Positions 1-7,898 of a stretch of 64,000 nt of DNA are shown one piece after another. Source of the DNA: a virus; the IMG/VR virus record IMGVR_UViG_3300044678_002668, positions 15,503 through 79,502 of that record; one strand, written 5' to 3'. The first letter of the stretch is position 1; every line of letters begins with the position of its first letter. A program made the translations under genes and the position numbers. Below the pieces are notes generated by a model. It saw only the letters and a list, made by a program, of their open reading frames with translations, did not search any database and was not told where the DNA came from.

Positions 1-43
1 ATCCAATGTCTTTTCTTAAAGCGGAAGTGAGCGTATAATAATA

Positions 44-202
44 ATGGAAAACTTGTTTCACATTTCTACATATAAGTTTGTAGGAAATGTTTTTGATTCG
101 TCAGCTAATTTTATTTCGTTTATAGATACTGTTAATAATAAAGGGTTTTTAAAAACGTCTTTGATTACAGGAAGTATAAGTTTTTTGGATTATTTAATAT
201 GA
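44..202 (+). CDS. microprotein (52 aa), array A
   Basis: Hand-translated ATG..TGA (MENLFHISTYKF...); ATGA overlap with next ORF. Confidence 0.6.
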   Translation: MENLFHISTYKFVGNVFDSSANFISFIDTVNNKGFLKTSLITGSISFLDYLI

Positions 203-357
203 AACGATTAAACACTCTAGAAGCCACTTATTTATTATATAATCCTCAATACAGTCCAGAATACGTTGGATATAGCCTCTATATCTTTAATCCTAAAGAA
301 GATACGGTTAAAGCGGCGGTTAGATTCACCATAAAACATAACGCAGAGTATTTATGA
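199..357 (+). CDS. microprotein (52 aa), array A
   Basis: MKRLNTLEATYLL...; ATGA overlaps at both ends. Confidence 0.65.
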   Translation: MKRLNTLEATYLLYNPQYSPEYVGYSLYIFNPKEDTVKAAVRFTIKHNAEYL

Positions 358-497
358 TTAGTTTAGGTATAGGTAACATGCACATGTATAGGTGGTATTA
401 TTGGGACTCCCAATACATCCTAGAAATCTTTGATGGACTTAGCTTTGATTTCTTTGTTGGGTTTAACGGCTATTCTGAGGTGTATGAATTTATATGA
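354..497 (+). CDS. microprotein (47 aa), array A
   Basis: MISLGIGNMHMYRWYYW...; ATGA overlaps at both ends. Confidence 0.65.
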   Translation: MISLGIGNMHMYRWYYWDSQYILEIFDGLSFDFFVGFNGYSEVYEFI

Positions 498-640
498 GTA
501 GTTTAGAAAGTACTCCCTTTTTTAAATACCGTTTAGAGGTCTATCTAAAAGACCTAACTTATATGCAAATAGACTATGGACCTTGGCTACACTCTATTCA
601 TTTAGGACATTGGCACTACTTTCACCAGGGAAGTATTTAA
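494..640 (+). CDS. microprotein (48 aa), array A
   Basis: MSSLESTPFFKYRLEV...; TAATG junction with next gene. Confidence 0.65.
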   Translation: MSSLESTPFFKYRLEVYLKDLTYMQIDYGPWLHSIHLGHWHYFHQGSI

Positions 641-951
641 TGGAAAAGGTACATAAATACAGTCTTCAAGAGCTGGAAGAAAAGATGGAGACCCTATTTA
701 TCAAGTTAGAATACACTGCCAATTCTCTGGATACTTTAGGAGAAAAAATTAGAGAACTTTATAAGGACCCAATGAAATCCGAAACTCTCCATAAATATTA
801 CATCCGAGAATTTAGCTTGGCCATTGAAAACCACAACTACCAACAAGACCTAGAAATAGTAGTACAATATATCCTAGACGACCATCCAACTCATTTTAAT
901 GCGAACAGAATAAAGCGGTCTATGAAAAGCTTTAATAGGTGCGTTGAATAA
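640..951 (+). CDS. hypothetical protein
   Basis: ORF track 583..951; start moved to ATG 640 (TAATG coupling). Confidence 0.7.
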   Translation: MEKVHKYSLQELEEKMETLFIKLEYTANSLDTLGEKIRELYKDPMKSETLHKYYIREFSLAIENHNYQQDLEIVVQYILDDHPTHFNANRIKRSMKSFNRCVE

Positions 952-1073
952 CCCAGCGATATCAAGCATTTGTAAAACAACGCCCTCATATTGGATATGA
1001 ACCCTAATTATATTGCAGGTGAAGCTTTGCTTCCGCCGCAGCCCCTTAAGGGGCTCTTAGAAAGGACTTCCCC

Positions 1074-1367
1074 ATGTACCTGCCCCTACCCACCTCTCCC
1101 CATAAAGCCTGGCTTGCAGCGGGTTTTGTGAGCTTTACAGCCCTACCAGCCTATAGCCTCACTGAATACTATATGCTCCACTACCCTGTAAAAGACGGGG
1201 GTATTCAGGATCATCCAGCCGCTGACCCTAACGTGGAAAGCCTCGTATCCGACTATGGCCCCTATAGCCCCTTAGAAGGCCATAGGAGCTTTTTAGTTAA
1301 GCTTAAAGACCCATCAGCCTACCTATCCCACCCCAAGGTTCACATCACTTCCATGGAGACCTTATGA
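1074..1367 (+). CDS. hypothetical protein
   Basis: ORF with AAAGGA upstream; ATGA overlap with next. Confidence 0.65.
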   Translation: MYLPLPTSPHKAWLAAGFVSFTALPAYSLTEYYMLHYPVKDGGIQDHPAADPNVESLVSDYGPYSPLEGHRSFLVKLKDPSAYLSHPKVHITSMETL

Positions 1368-1600
1368 AATATCCCTTCCAGCCCATAGCCTCGGCTGTAG
1401 GCCCCTATGGCCAGCAACTCCGCATAGAGGCCTGTATGCCCGCTAAATACAGCTCAGAGAAGACTCCAGGCATGACGGCGGTGTATGGCCCCATTTTTAG
1501 GATTGTGATGGAGGAGATAGATCCTAAAGGTAACGTTAAAGAAATTGCGGAGATGTGGGTGGATGAGAAGGCCTTATTAAGTTTAGGTGTGAAAATTTAG
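1364..1600 (+). CDS. hypothetical protein
   Basis: ORF with GGAG RBS. Confidence 0.65.
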   Translation: MKYPFQPIASAVGPYGQQLRIEACMPAKYSSEKTPGMTAVYGPIFRIVMEEIDPKGNVKEIAEMWVDEKALLSLGVKI

Positions 1601-1718
1601 TGTTTGTGCATAGTAATAGCCCAAGTCACAGTCAAAGTCATCTATACCCCCCCCCAGCAAAACTAAACAAACCTTTAGACAACTCCAAGCGCAAGCGATA
1701 TTACAGTCCGCGCCAAAT

Positions 1719-1750
1719 AAAAAAAAAGGGAGAGGCTTTCGCCCCTCCCC
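1719..1750 (-). terminator. rho-independent terminator of the 1758-2102 gene
   Basis: - strand GGGGAGGGGC-GAAA-GCCTCTCCCC followed by a long T tract. Confidence 0.85.
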
Positions 1751-1757
1751 GTTTCAT

Positions 1758-2102
1758 TTATCCGATCTTCGCTCGTCGCTTTGGCTCAGGACTTGACTCG
1801 CCCTTCGCCTTGGCTTTATAAGCCGCTTTGTTAATCGCTTGGGCCTCAAGGTCTGCTTTTCGTGCCTCATCGTGTGATCCGTCTTCCAGCTCCGTGTCGG
1901 CTTGGACGATCTTCGAGGCGACCTCGAGGAGCTTGATCCACGCCTCACGACCGATCACCGCTTGGCCGCGTGAAAGTTTCACTCGAACCGCTCCGTTGGC
2001 GCAATAGACCGCAACATCCGAATTTATGTCGAGCAACATACGACCGTTGTCTTCTGTTTTTACTTCGAACTGAGAACCTGAAACCTGTTTGAGTTTTGCC
2101 AT
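1758..2102 (-). CDS. hypothetical protein, stand-alone transcription unit
   Basis: 114-aa ORF with TAAGGAG RBS, its own promoter and terminator. Confidence 0.8.
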   Translation of the reverse strand: MAKLKQVSGSQFEVKTEDNGRMLLDINSDVAVYCANGAVRVKLSRGQAVIGREAWIKLLEVASKIVQADTELEDGSHDEARKADLEAQAINKAAYKAKAKGESSPEPKRRAKIG

Positions 2103-2155
2103 CTGGCCTTTATCTCCTTAGTGTCGCGGTCTTAATTGACCGTTTCGACATACCC

Positions 2156-2184
2156 AGAATAGCGCATCTAATTTTGAAAGTCAA
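2156..2184 (-). promoter_or_regulatory. sigma70-type promoter (leftward)
   Basis: - strand TTGACT-17 nt-TATTCT. Confidence 0.75.
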
Positions 2185-2245
2185 GTAATGGATTACGAAT
2201 CTCATTTTGAGACAGAGTGCGTTGTGCGCACCAAGTAAAAAGAAA

Positions 2246-2450
2246 GGGGGCACTGTTAAGGCAGAGTGTTTTAGTAAAGGGGGCACTGTTAAGCTTACAC
2301 ACTCGCGCAAGAAGAAACGCGTTACGCGCATGAAGGGGGCACTGTTAAGAAAATAATTTTGTTTCAATTTGAGATTATTTAATTATATGAGTATGATATT
2401 ATTTTTTATTCCCTTCCCTTGGTTTGATTCAGATTAGGGGCAGTGTTAAG
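2246..2450. repeat. direct repeats GGGGGCACTGTTAAG (iteron/operator-like)
   Basis: Exact copies at 2246-2260, 2279-2293 and 2335-2349; variant GGGGCAGTGTTAAG at 2437-2450. Confidence 0.85.
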
Positions 2451-2661
2451 TATCAGATTGATATTTAGCTAGGGGATTAGTGTTTTCGCATAATCAAATC
2501 ACTATCTTTTCTCTCCTCATTCTCTCTCCTCATTATCCTTCATTTCTCATGTCCCTGACAGTAGGTATAATAACTTATATCCTAAATATAAATAATAATC
2601 ATACTTAATCTTTGCCCGACCCGAGTCGTTCCGCAGGGTTACGCCACACGAAAAAAATCGT

Positions 2662-2691
2662 TTGACACGACCGGCGGCTCGGTGCTATTCT
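2662..2691 (+). promoter_or_regulatory. sigma70-type early promoter (rightward)
   Basis: TTGACA-18 nt-TATTCT with extended -10 TG; A-tract upstream. Confidence 0.75.
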
Positions 2692-2748
2692 GGTTTTGGT
2701 CGGCCGCTCCCTCGCACTAATTAAGCCCGCTCTAATAAGGAGGTTGTT

Positions 2749-3021
2749 ATGTTATACAGAGTTATTCCTTTCTGGTATAAGCATGAGCAGTTCTTTAATG
2801 TATATGACGAGGTGAATAAGCGCACTGTTAAGAGCTTCTTTCTCTCTAAGGTTGAAGCGGATCTCTATATTAGAAAGCTTCTTGGTGAGGACACTATCAT
2901 TCAAGATAAGCCCGCTTCTTTCCATAAGAATCCTTGGAAGTCTTGTAGAGAGAAGCGCCTTCTTAGAGAGAAGGCTTTGAATACTAAATTGGATAATATT
3001 AAGAAGAAGTTTGCCCTTTAA
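2749..3021 (+). CDS. early hypothetical protein
   Basis: AGGAGG RBS; first gene after promoter. Confidence 0.8.
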   Translation: MLYRVIPFWYKHEQFFNVYDEVNKRTVKSFFLSKVEADLYIRKLLGEDTIIQDKPASFHKNPWKSCREKRLLREKALNTKLDNIKKKFAL

Positions 3022-3037
3022 TTTAGGAGGTTCTCTT

Positions 3038-3250
3038 ATGAACGTCAGCAAAAATATCGTTGTGTGGCCATACTATTACAAACCTATTCCAAAACCTTTT
3101 GTAGTTGTTCAATTGGAAGATCATTTTATGGTTTGCAAGGTAGCCGAAGATGGCGAGCTTTTGGAGGAAGTGTCAGTGAAACACTGGAATAAGCTTCGTG
3201 TTCGACGATGGGCCTTTGAATTCGCCAATTTTAATTCCATTAAAAATTAA
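3038..3250 (+). CDS. hypothetical protein
   Basis: AGGAGG RBS before ATG 3038. Confidence 0.75.
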   Translation: MNVSKNIVVWPYYYKPIPKPFVVVQLEDHFMVCKVAEDGELLEEVSVKHWNKLRVRRWAFEFANFNSIKN

Positions 3251-3282
3251 GGTTGATCCCATATCTACAAAGGACAAGTGTT

Positions 3283-3474
3283 ATGAACAAATTTGTTGTT
3301 AAGGCTAAGTTTAGAGGTCCTAAACTTGACATCATGGTGGTTGATAGGTTTGCCACTCGTGAAGAAGCTGAAGAATTCATTGAGTATTGTTTTGATTTAG
3401 GATATGTGAAGAGAGATCATGGCTACTATCACATAGACATGTTTGAGGGACTGTTCATAGAAGACTTTACTTAA
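3283..3474 (+). CDS. hypothetical protein
   Basis: AAGGA RBS before ATG 3283. Confidence 0.7.
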   Translation: MNKFVVKAKFRGPKLDIMVVDRFATREEAEEFIEYCFDLGYVKRDHGYYHIDMFEGLFIEDFT

Positions 3475-3485
3475 GAGGTTCTCAT

Positions 3486-3632
3486 ATGCACCGTCTTGAT
3501 TACATTGGCTCCTATCTTAAATATGAAATCCATCGTATTACCATTAAGGGTGGCGGTACGACATATGATAAGAGTCTTTTATTTGGATGGCATGAAGCTG
3601 CAAAAGAGGGCGTCTATTATGCGCTCTTGTAA
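3486..3632 (+). CDS. small hypothetical protein (48 aa)
   Basis: Hand-translated MHRLDYIGSYLKYEI...; GAGGT RBS. Confidence 0.6.
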   Translation: MHRLDYIGSYLKYEIHRITIKGGGTTYDKSLLFGWHEAAKEGVYYALL

Positions 3633-3939
3633 GAAGTGTGGAGACTCCTATAATCCAGAACTTAGGCGAGGTAAGGGTGGCCTCATTACAGAATGTCAAT
3701 TCTGTGCTGAAGAGAAGGTAGTTAAATATACGGGCAACATGATATATGACCATAAGACTGGATGTTCCATACAAATCAATACAGACCCTAGTCTTACGGC
3801 CTATATTAGAAAGTCCACAGAGCTTAAGAACAAAGGTTCTAACCTCGCTAATAACCTCAAGGTAAGTGGCATAACAAAGGGTATGGGTAGATGTTTGGTT
3901 TCTGTAGCGGCGTCTAATGCTAAAGGAAGGAAGGTATAA
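3619..3939 (+). CDS. hypothetical protein with N-terminal zinc ribbon
   Basis: CKKC...CQFC; start at ATG 3619. Confidence 0.7.
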   Translation: MRSCKKCGDSYNPELRRGKGGLITECQFCAEEKVVKYTGNMIYDHKTGCSIQINTDPSLTAYIRKSTELKNKGSNLANNLKVSGITKGMGRCLVSVAASNAKGRKV

Positions 3940-3940
3940 G

Positions 3941-4324
3941 ATGGACTTAACAGGCTTTTTTATTTTCTCCACTGATAATCCTAAACACACTCCAAAGAAA
4001 GATAAGCATGCCGTATTGGGCTATCTTATGGAGAACTCAGAGGTTATGTATAAAACTTCTGGAGTATTTGGAGGTAAAGAAGAGGTTACATACATGGCTA
4101 AGTTTAAGGGAGAGGCCATGTTTTATAGGATTAAAGATGTCATCTTGGAAGACTTAGGTCAAGAAGCTTTCTTAGAAGTTACACAAACAAAAGTAATATT
4201 CCACACTTTAGGAAACAGTGATTTCTTTTTAAGGAAAGAAGAGATTTCTGTTAGCGATACTAGAGACCATGTTAAGCTGCCTGATGGACGTAGTTTACAT
4301 TTTGTAATGGAGGTATCTTTGTGA
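3941..4324 (+). CDS. hypothetical protein
   Basis: ORF track; ATG 3941 after AGGAAGG. Confidence 0.7.
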   Translation: MDLTGFFIFSTDNPKHTPKKDKHAVLGYLMENSEVMYKTSGVFGGKEEVTYMAKFKGEAMFYRIKDVILEDLGQEAFLEVTQTKVIFHTLGNSDFFLRKEEISVSDTRDHVKLPDGRSLHFVMEVSL

Positions 4325-4497
4325 TACGTATACCAAGATGGAAAAAAGACAATAACAATTATAGATTTGCCATTAGAAAAGATAGAAAAATAGAAGCCTC
4401 CTATAGTGCAAGGTTTACATACTATTGTTTGAATGTTGGTAAAGTTATTGGCGCTTTTGAAGAAGTGTTTAGAAACTCTTGGAGGCTTTCATGTTAA
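4321..4497 (+). CDS. microprotein (58 aa), array B
   Basis: GTGA overlap; GGAGG RBS. Confidence 0.6.
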   Translation: MIRIPRWKKDNNNYRFAIRKDRKIEASYSARFTYYCLNVGKVIGAFEEVFRNSWRLSC

Positions 4498-4649
4498 GTA
4501 CTATGGGTGTACTTATGTCTCTTGCTGGGTTTGTTATGTCTGTTGCCTATCTTCCACTTAATGCACAGACCTCTTATCATTTCTTTTGTGTAGCGGTGGT
4601 GTTTGGATTAGTGGCCGCCATTGGAGCTTATGCAGAGCAGAAAGAGTAG
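4491..4649 (+). CDS. small membrane protein (52 aa, two hydrophobic segments), array B
   Basis: MLSTMGVLMSLAGFVMSVAYL...; GGAGG RBS. Confidence 0.65.
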   Translation: MLSTMGVLMSLAGFVMSVAYLPLNAQTSYHFFCVAVVFGLVAAIGAYAEQKE

Positions 4650-4656
4650 GGTGTAT

Positions 4657-4803
4657 ATGGAACAGATTCCTAATTGGAATGGTAGGTTTCACATCATAGG
4701 ACTTCTTGTTCAAGAGTTTGGCATGGATGTTCAATACTCAACTCAGCCTAGAAGTTTTTTAGAAATCAGAGATTTCTCTTGGTATTTAGATAGGTCCATA
4801 TGA
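4657..4803 (+). CDS. microprotein (48 aa), array B
   Basis: MEQIPNWNGRF... Confidence 0.6.
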   Translation: MEQIPNWNGRFHIIGLLVQEFGMDVQYSTQPRSFLEIRDFSWYLDRSI

Positions 4804-4970
4804 GAAGTTTATTTAAGCGTACAGGTTGTGTGTGGTATATTAAGTTATTTATTGATTCTGGAATTCCAGTCATGCGGTATGATAGTGCCACTAACATTAA
4901 ACATTTCGCCACCTATAACGATTTAACAGAAGGGCTTCATTATGTTTTGGTTTGTATATACGTGGTCTGA
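4800..4970 (+). CDS. microprotein (56 aa), array B
   Basis: ATGA overlap; MRSLFKRTGCVWY... Confidence 0.55.
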   Translation: MRSLFKRTGCVWYIKLFIDSGIPVMRYDSATNIKHFATYNDLTEGLHYVLVCIYVV

Positions 4971-5121
4971 TGGTACATATATCCATTCTGAATGTGTTGA
5001 GAGCTTCGATGAGATGAGAGAGACTTTAAGAAAATATAGAGAAGCTTTTGGTCCTTGTGTTAAGGTGTGGTATAGAGGTATGGATAGAGGAGAAGCTACA
5101 CAAATTAAGAAGGTAGGTTAA
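4942..5121 (+). CDS. microprotein (59 aa), array B
   Basis: MFWFVYTWSDGTY... Confidence 0.6.
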   Translation: MFWFVYTWSDGTYIHSECVESFDEMRETLRKYREAFGPCVKVWYRGMDRGEATQIKKVG

Positions 5122-5122
5122 C

Positions 5123-5302
5123 ATGAAATTTTGTAAAGTATATCTGCTCTTTAATGATGGCTACACTCTCACCTTTCTATGCACACCTGATAAGTGTGAG
5201 TCCTACATCAATCGCATTACTCATAGCCGCCCTGCTAAACACGTATCTGTTAAGGAGTTCATTAAGCTTCCTCAAAGTGAAAAAGAATATTGGGAGTATT
5301 GA
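5123..5302 (+). CDS. microprotein (59 aa), array B
   Basis: MKFCKVYLLFNDGY... Confidence 0.65.
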   Translation: MKFCKVYLLFNDGYTLTFLCTPDKCESYINRITHSRPAKHVSVKEFIKLPQSEKEYWEY

Positions 5303-5304
5303 TA

Positions 5305-5454
5305 ATGAGACGTCTTGACAATTACAAATATTCCGCTGCTAGTTTTTATTATGCTCCTCAACACGTTTTCGATTTATTTTCAGAAGAATTTGAAAAGATT
5401 TTATTGGTTAGTTCTTTTGTATATTCTTTTCGAGCTTGTTTAACAAGATTATAA
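5305..5454 (+). CDS. microprotein (49 aa), array B
   Basis: GGGAG RBS; MRRLDNYKYSAASFYY... Confidence 0.6.
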   Translation: MRRLDNYKYSAASFYYAPQHVFDLFSEEFEKILLVSSFVYSFRACLTRL

Positions 5455-5465
5455 AAGAGGTGAGC

Positions 5466-5615
5466 ATGAATAAGTTAAATGATAGTGGATATTTTGTATG
5501 TAGACATATATACAGTCCTCCTGAAATTTGGAATATATATAGCGATTATGTACAAGCACAGCTTTGTGTTGGAGAAATACGAAATTATTTCAAACAAGTA
5601 CTTGGAGTGTTATAA
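5466..5615 (+). CDS. microprotein (49 aa), array B
   Basis: GAGGTGA RBS; MNKLNDSGYF... Confidence 0.65.
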   Translation: MNKLNDSGYFVCRHIYSPPEIWNIYSDYVQAQLCVGEIRNYFKQVLGVL

Positions 5616-5617
5616 AA

Positions 5618-5824
5618 ATGCAAACATTATTCCGAACTAGATATGCTAAGTATGCCGCTTTTAACTTTAGAAAAACAAAAGGAGGAGAGCTAGTTGTAGA
5701 CATTATTGTTAGGCCAGAAAGTAGTCAAGAAAAGCTCATTAAGAAGGAGGTGTCTTATACCCGCTTTGTTAAACACATCAAAACAAATGGGTGGTTAAAT
5801 GAAATTCGCAAAGCTTCATCCTAA
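5618..5824 (+). CDS. hypothetical protein
   Basis: GGAG RBS before ATG 5618. Confidence 0.65.
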   Translation: MQTLFRTRYAKYAAFNFRKTKGGELVVDIIVRPESSQEKLIKKEVSYTRFVKHIKTNGWLNEIRKASS

Positions 5825-5999
5825 GTATGGTTTGTTACAGTTTGAATATAACAAAGAGAGGTGTACACTCAAAGTAATTGACGGTATTGGTAATGACCTG
5901 ATGCTAAAGTGGCCTAAGAAAATGTCTCGTTTGTATTTCGATTATGTTATGTTAGATAAAGCAATGGAAGAGGAGATGAAGAAATGTCCAATGAACTGA
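5799..5999 (+). CDS. hypothetical protein
   Basis: ORF track; packed between neighbours. Confidence 0.6.
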   Translation: MKFAKLHPKYGLLQFEYNKERCTLKVIDGIGNDLMLKWPKKMSRLYFDYVMLDKAMEEEMKKCPMN

Positions 6000-6661
6000 A
6001 CCTAACCCCAGCACAACAGCAAATTGTAGAAGATGTCAAGAAAGAGTTTCTTAAATACAACCTTGACACCACACAAGAAAAACATGCAGATGCAGAAGAA
6101 GCCATTAAGCGTTTGTATAAGTATGAGAAACGTAAAGAAGCAGATGACTTGGTATTTATGTGGGTAAAGAATCCCATTCAAGGTGCTAAGCTCGCTGCTT
6201 ATTTCCATCTTGAGAAGAATAAAAACATGAGTAAGGAGGAACTCCAACAAGCCTATCAAGACTACCTTGATGGTAAGCTAAAAGGATTTAAGAACATCAA
6301 TGCTAACCATGCTAAAGAACAGACTAGCTCAGCTTCTTATGGTAGCTTTGAGTCTTATTGGGTGGCTGTCTATCATGCTGTTAAGAACGTAATTCAGGGT
6401 GAGAACAACGAGCTTATTCACATTCTTGTAGACATCGTTAAGAAATGTGGGGTATTCTGGAGGTTTGATAAGGGTGTCATCCTTTGCAACAAACCTTTGG
6501 AAATTCATACGCTTAATAACGAACGTCTCCATAATGATAAGGGACCAGCTCTTGTATATCCTGGACTTAAGATGCACTTCTACAAAGGAGAGTTTAAGAA
6601 CAGTCTTTTGGATTTGATGATGGCTAACAAAATTAATTTGGAAAAGTCTAGTAACGAGTAA
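5984..6661 (+). CDS. DUF6745-like protein
   Basis: C-terminal RLHNDKGPALVYPG motif typical of DUF6745. Confidence 0.6.
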   Translation: MSNELNLTPAQQQIVEDVKKEFLKYNLDTTQEKHADAEEAIKRLYKYEKRKEADDLVFMWVKNPIQGAKLAAYFHLEKNKNMSKEELQQAYQDYLDGKLKGFKNINANHAKEQTSSASYGSFESYWVAVYHAVKNVIQGENNELIHILVDIVKKCGVFWRFDKGVILCNKPLEIHTLNNERLHNDKGPALVYPGLKMHFYKGEFKNSLLDLMMANKINLEKSSNE

Positions 6662-6691
6662 GGTTTTATTAACGAGTTTGAAGGGAGCTTT

Positions 6692-7855
6692 ATGAATATT
6701 CGTACACTTAAAAAGGTATTGCCCGTATTGTTTTCACATAACATCGTTCCATTCTTGTGGGGTAATCAAGGTATTGGTAAGACCCAATCAGTAGGACAGC
6801 TAGCTAAAGAGCTGGGCTATGGATTTGTCCATCTCAACTTTGCCACTCAAGAGGTGGGTGATTTGGTAGGTTTGCTTGATAAGCGGCCTGATGGTACAGT
6901 GGCCCACTTGCGTCCTAATTGGATGCCCACTGACGAGGATGGTCCCCACATCATCTTCATGGATGAGCTTAACCGCTCTCATCCTGACGTGATTCAGGCC
7001 CTATTCTCGCTCATTACAGAGCGTCGTATCCATCAACATAAGCTGGGTAAGGAGTGTTATTTAGTGGCTGCTGGCAACTACAATAACGAGAAGTTCACTG
7101 TCACTGACACGTCAGATCAGGCATGGAACTCTCGCTTCTGCCATCTTGATGTGACTCCATCGGTGGAAGAGTGGCTTGATTACATGTCTGATAAGCATGG
7201 AACTAAAGCTTCAGATGTGTTGGATTTTATTAGGGAACTTCCCTCTAATCTAGAGGGCTCTAGTAAATCTTCTTCCACTCTTGACACTAACTTCTTGCGT
7301 CCTGATAGACGTTCATGGGAGTCCATCATCAAGCTTGATTGTGAAGAACGGCTTAGTGAGGGAGTTAAGTTCGAGGTATTTCAAGGTCTTGTAGGTACGG
7401 CATCAGCCGCTAGCTTCCTTTCTCATAAAGAAAACAAGGAGAAAGCTGTAAACCTTGACGACATTCTCCTTCGTTTTGATAAGGGAGTTAAGGAACGCTT
7501 GGATAAGCTTGTTAATAAAGCCGTCTCTACGGAAGTTCGGTTTGACATCTACAGTCAACCTGTTAATGAGCTGCTAGAGAAAGCCACAACGAAGCCTAAG
7601 TACCTGCTTGAGAATGTGCATAACTTGATTAAGTTCCTTGAACATATGCCTTCAGAGATGGCGGTTAATGTTCTCACTAAGCTGGGTTCTCTCAGCCAAG
7701 ATCAAGTTAAGGAAGATGATTTGGATATTGTTAGGGAGCTTAAAGACAACACAGTTAACAATGCAGAACTGTTGTCTAAGGTTCTCTTGAACAAAGAGAA
7801 AGAAGCCGAGCAGGTTCTTCCTAAGAAACGTGGTCGGCCTCGTAAGGTAGTTTAA
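6692..7855 (+). CDS. MoxR-like AAA+ ATPase
   Basis: Walker A GNQGIGKT, Walker B IIFMDE(LNR), AAGN sensor 1, SRF arginine finger. Confidence 0.9.
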   Translation: MNIRTLKKVLPVLFSHNIVPFLWGNQGIGKTQSVGQLAKELGYGFVHLNFATQEVGDLVGLLDKRPDGTVAHLRPNWMPTDEDGPHIIFMDELNRSHPDVIQALFSLITERRIHQHKLGKECYLVAAGNYNNEKFTVTDTSDQAWNSRFCHLDVTPSVEEWLDYMSDKHGTKASDVLDFIRELPSNLEGSSKSSSTLDTNFLRPDRRSWESIIKLDCEERLSEGVKFEVFQGLVGTASAASFLSHKENKEKAVNLDDILLRFDKGVKERLDKLVNKAVSTEVRFDIYSQPVNELLEKATTKPKYLLENVHNLIKFLEHMPSEMAVNVLTKLGSLSQDQVKEDDLDIVRELKDNTVNNAELLSKVLLNKEKEAEQVLPKKRGRPRKVV

Positions 7856-7898
7856 TAATTAAGTATTGTTTAAGGCTCTTTATTTAGGAGATAATTAT

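Noticed and set aside
1600-2367. ORFs 1600-1821 (+), 1754-1948 (-) and 2110-2367 (-)
   Set aside because: They run across a terminator, promoter or repeats, or overlap the better-supported 1758-2102 gene.
2246-2450. CRISPR or mini-array interpretation of the 15-nt repeats
   Set aside because: The repeats are too short, spacing is irregular (18, 41 and ~87 nt) and no cas operon is present.
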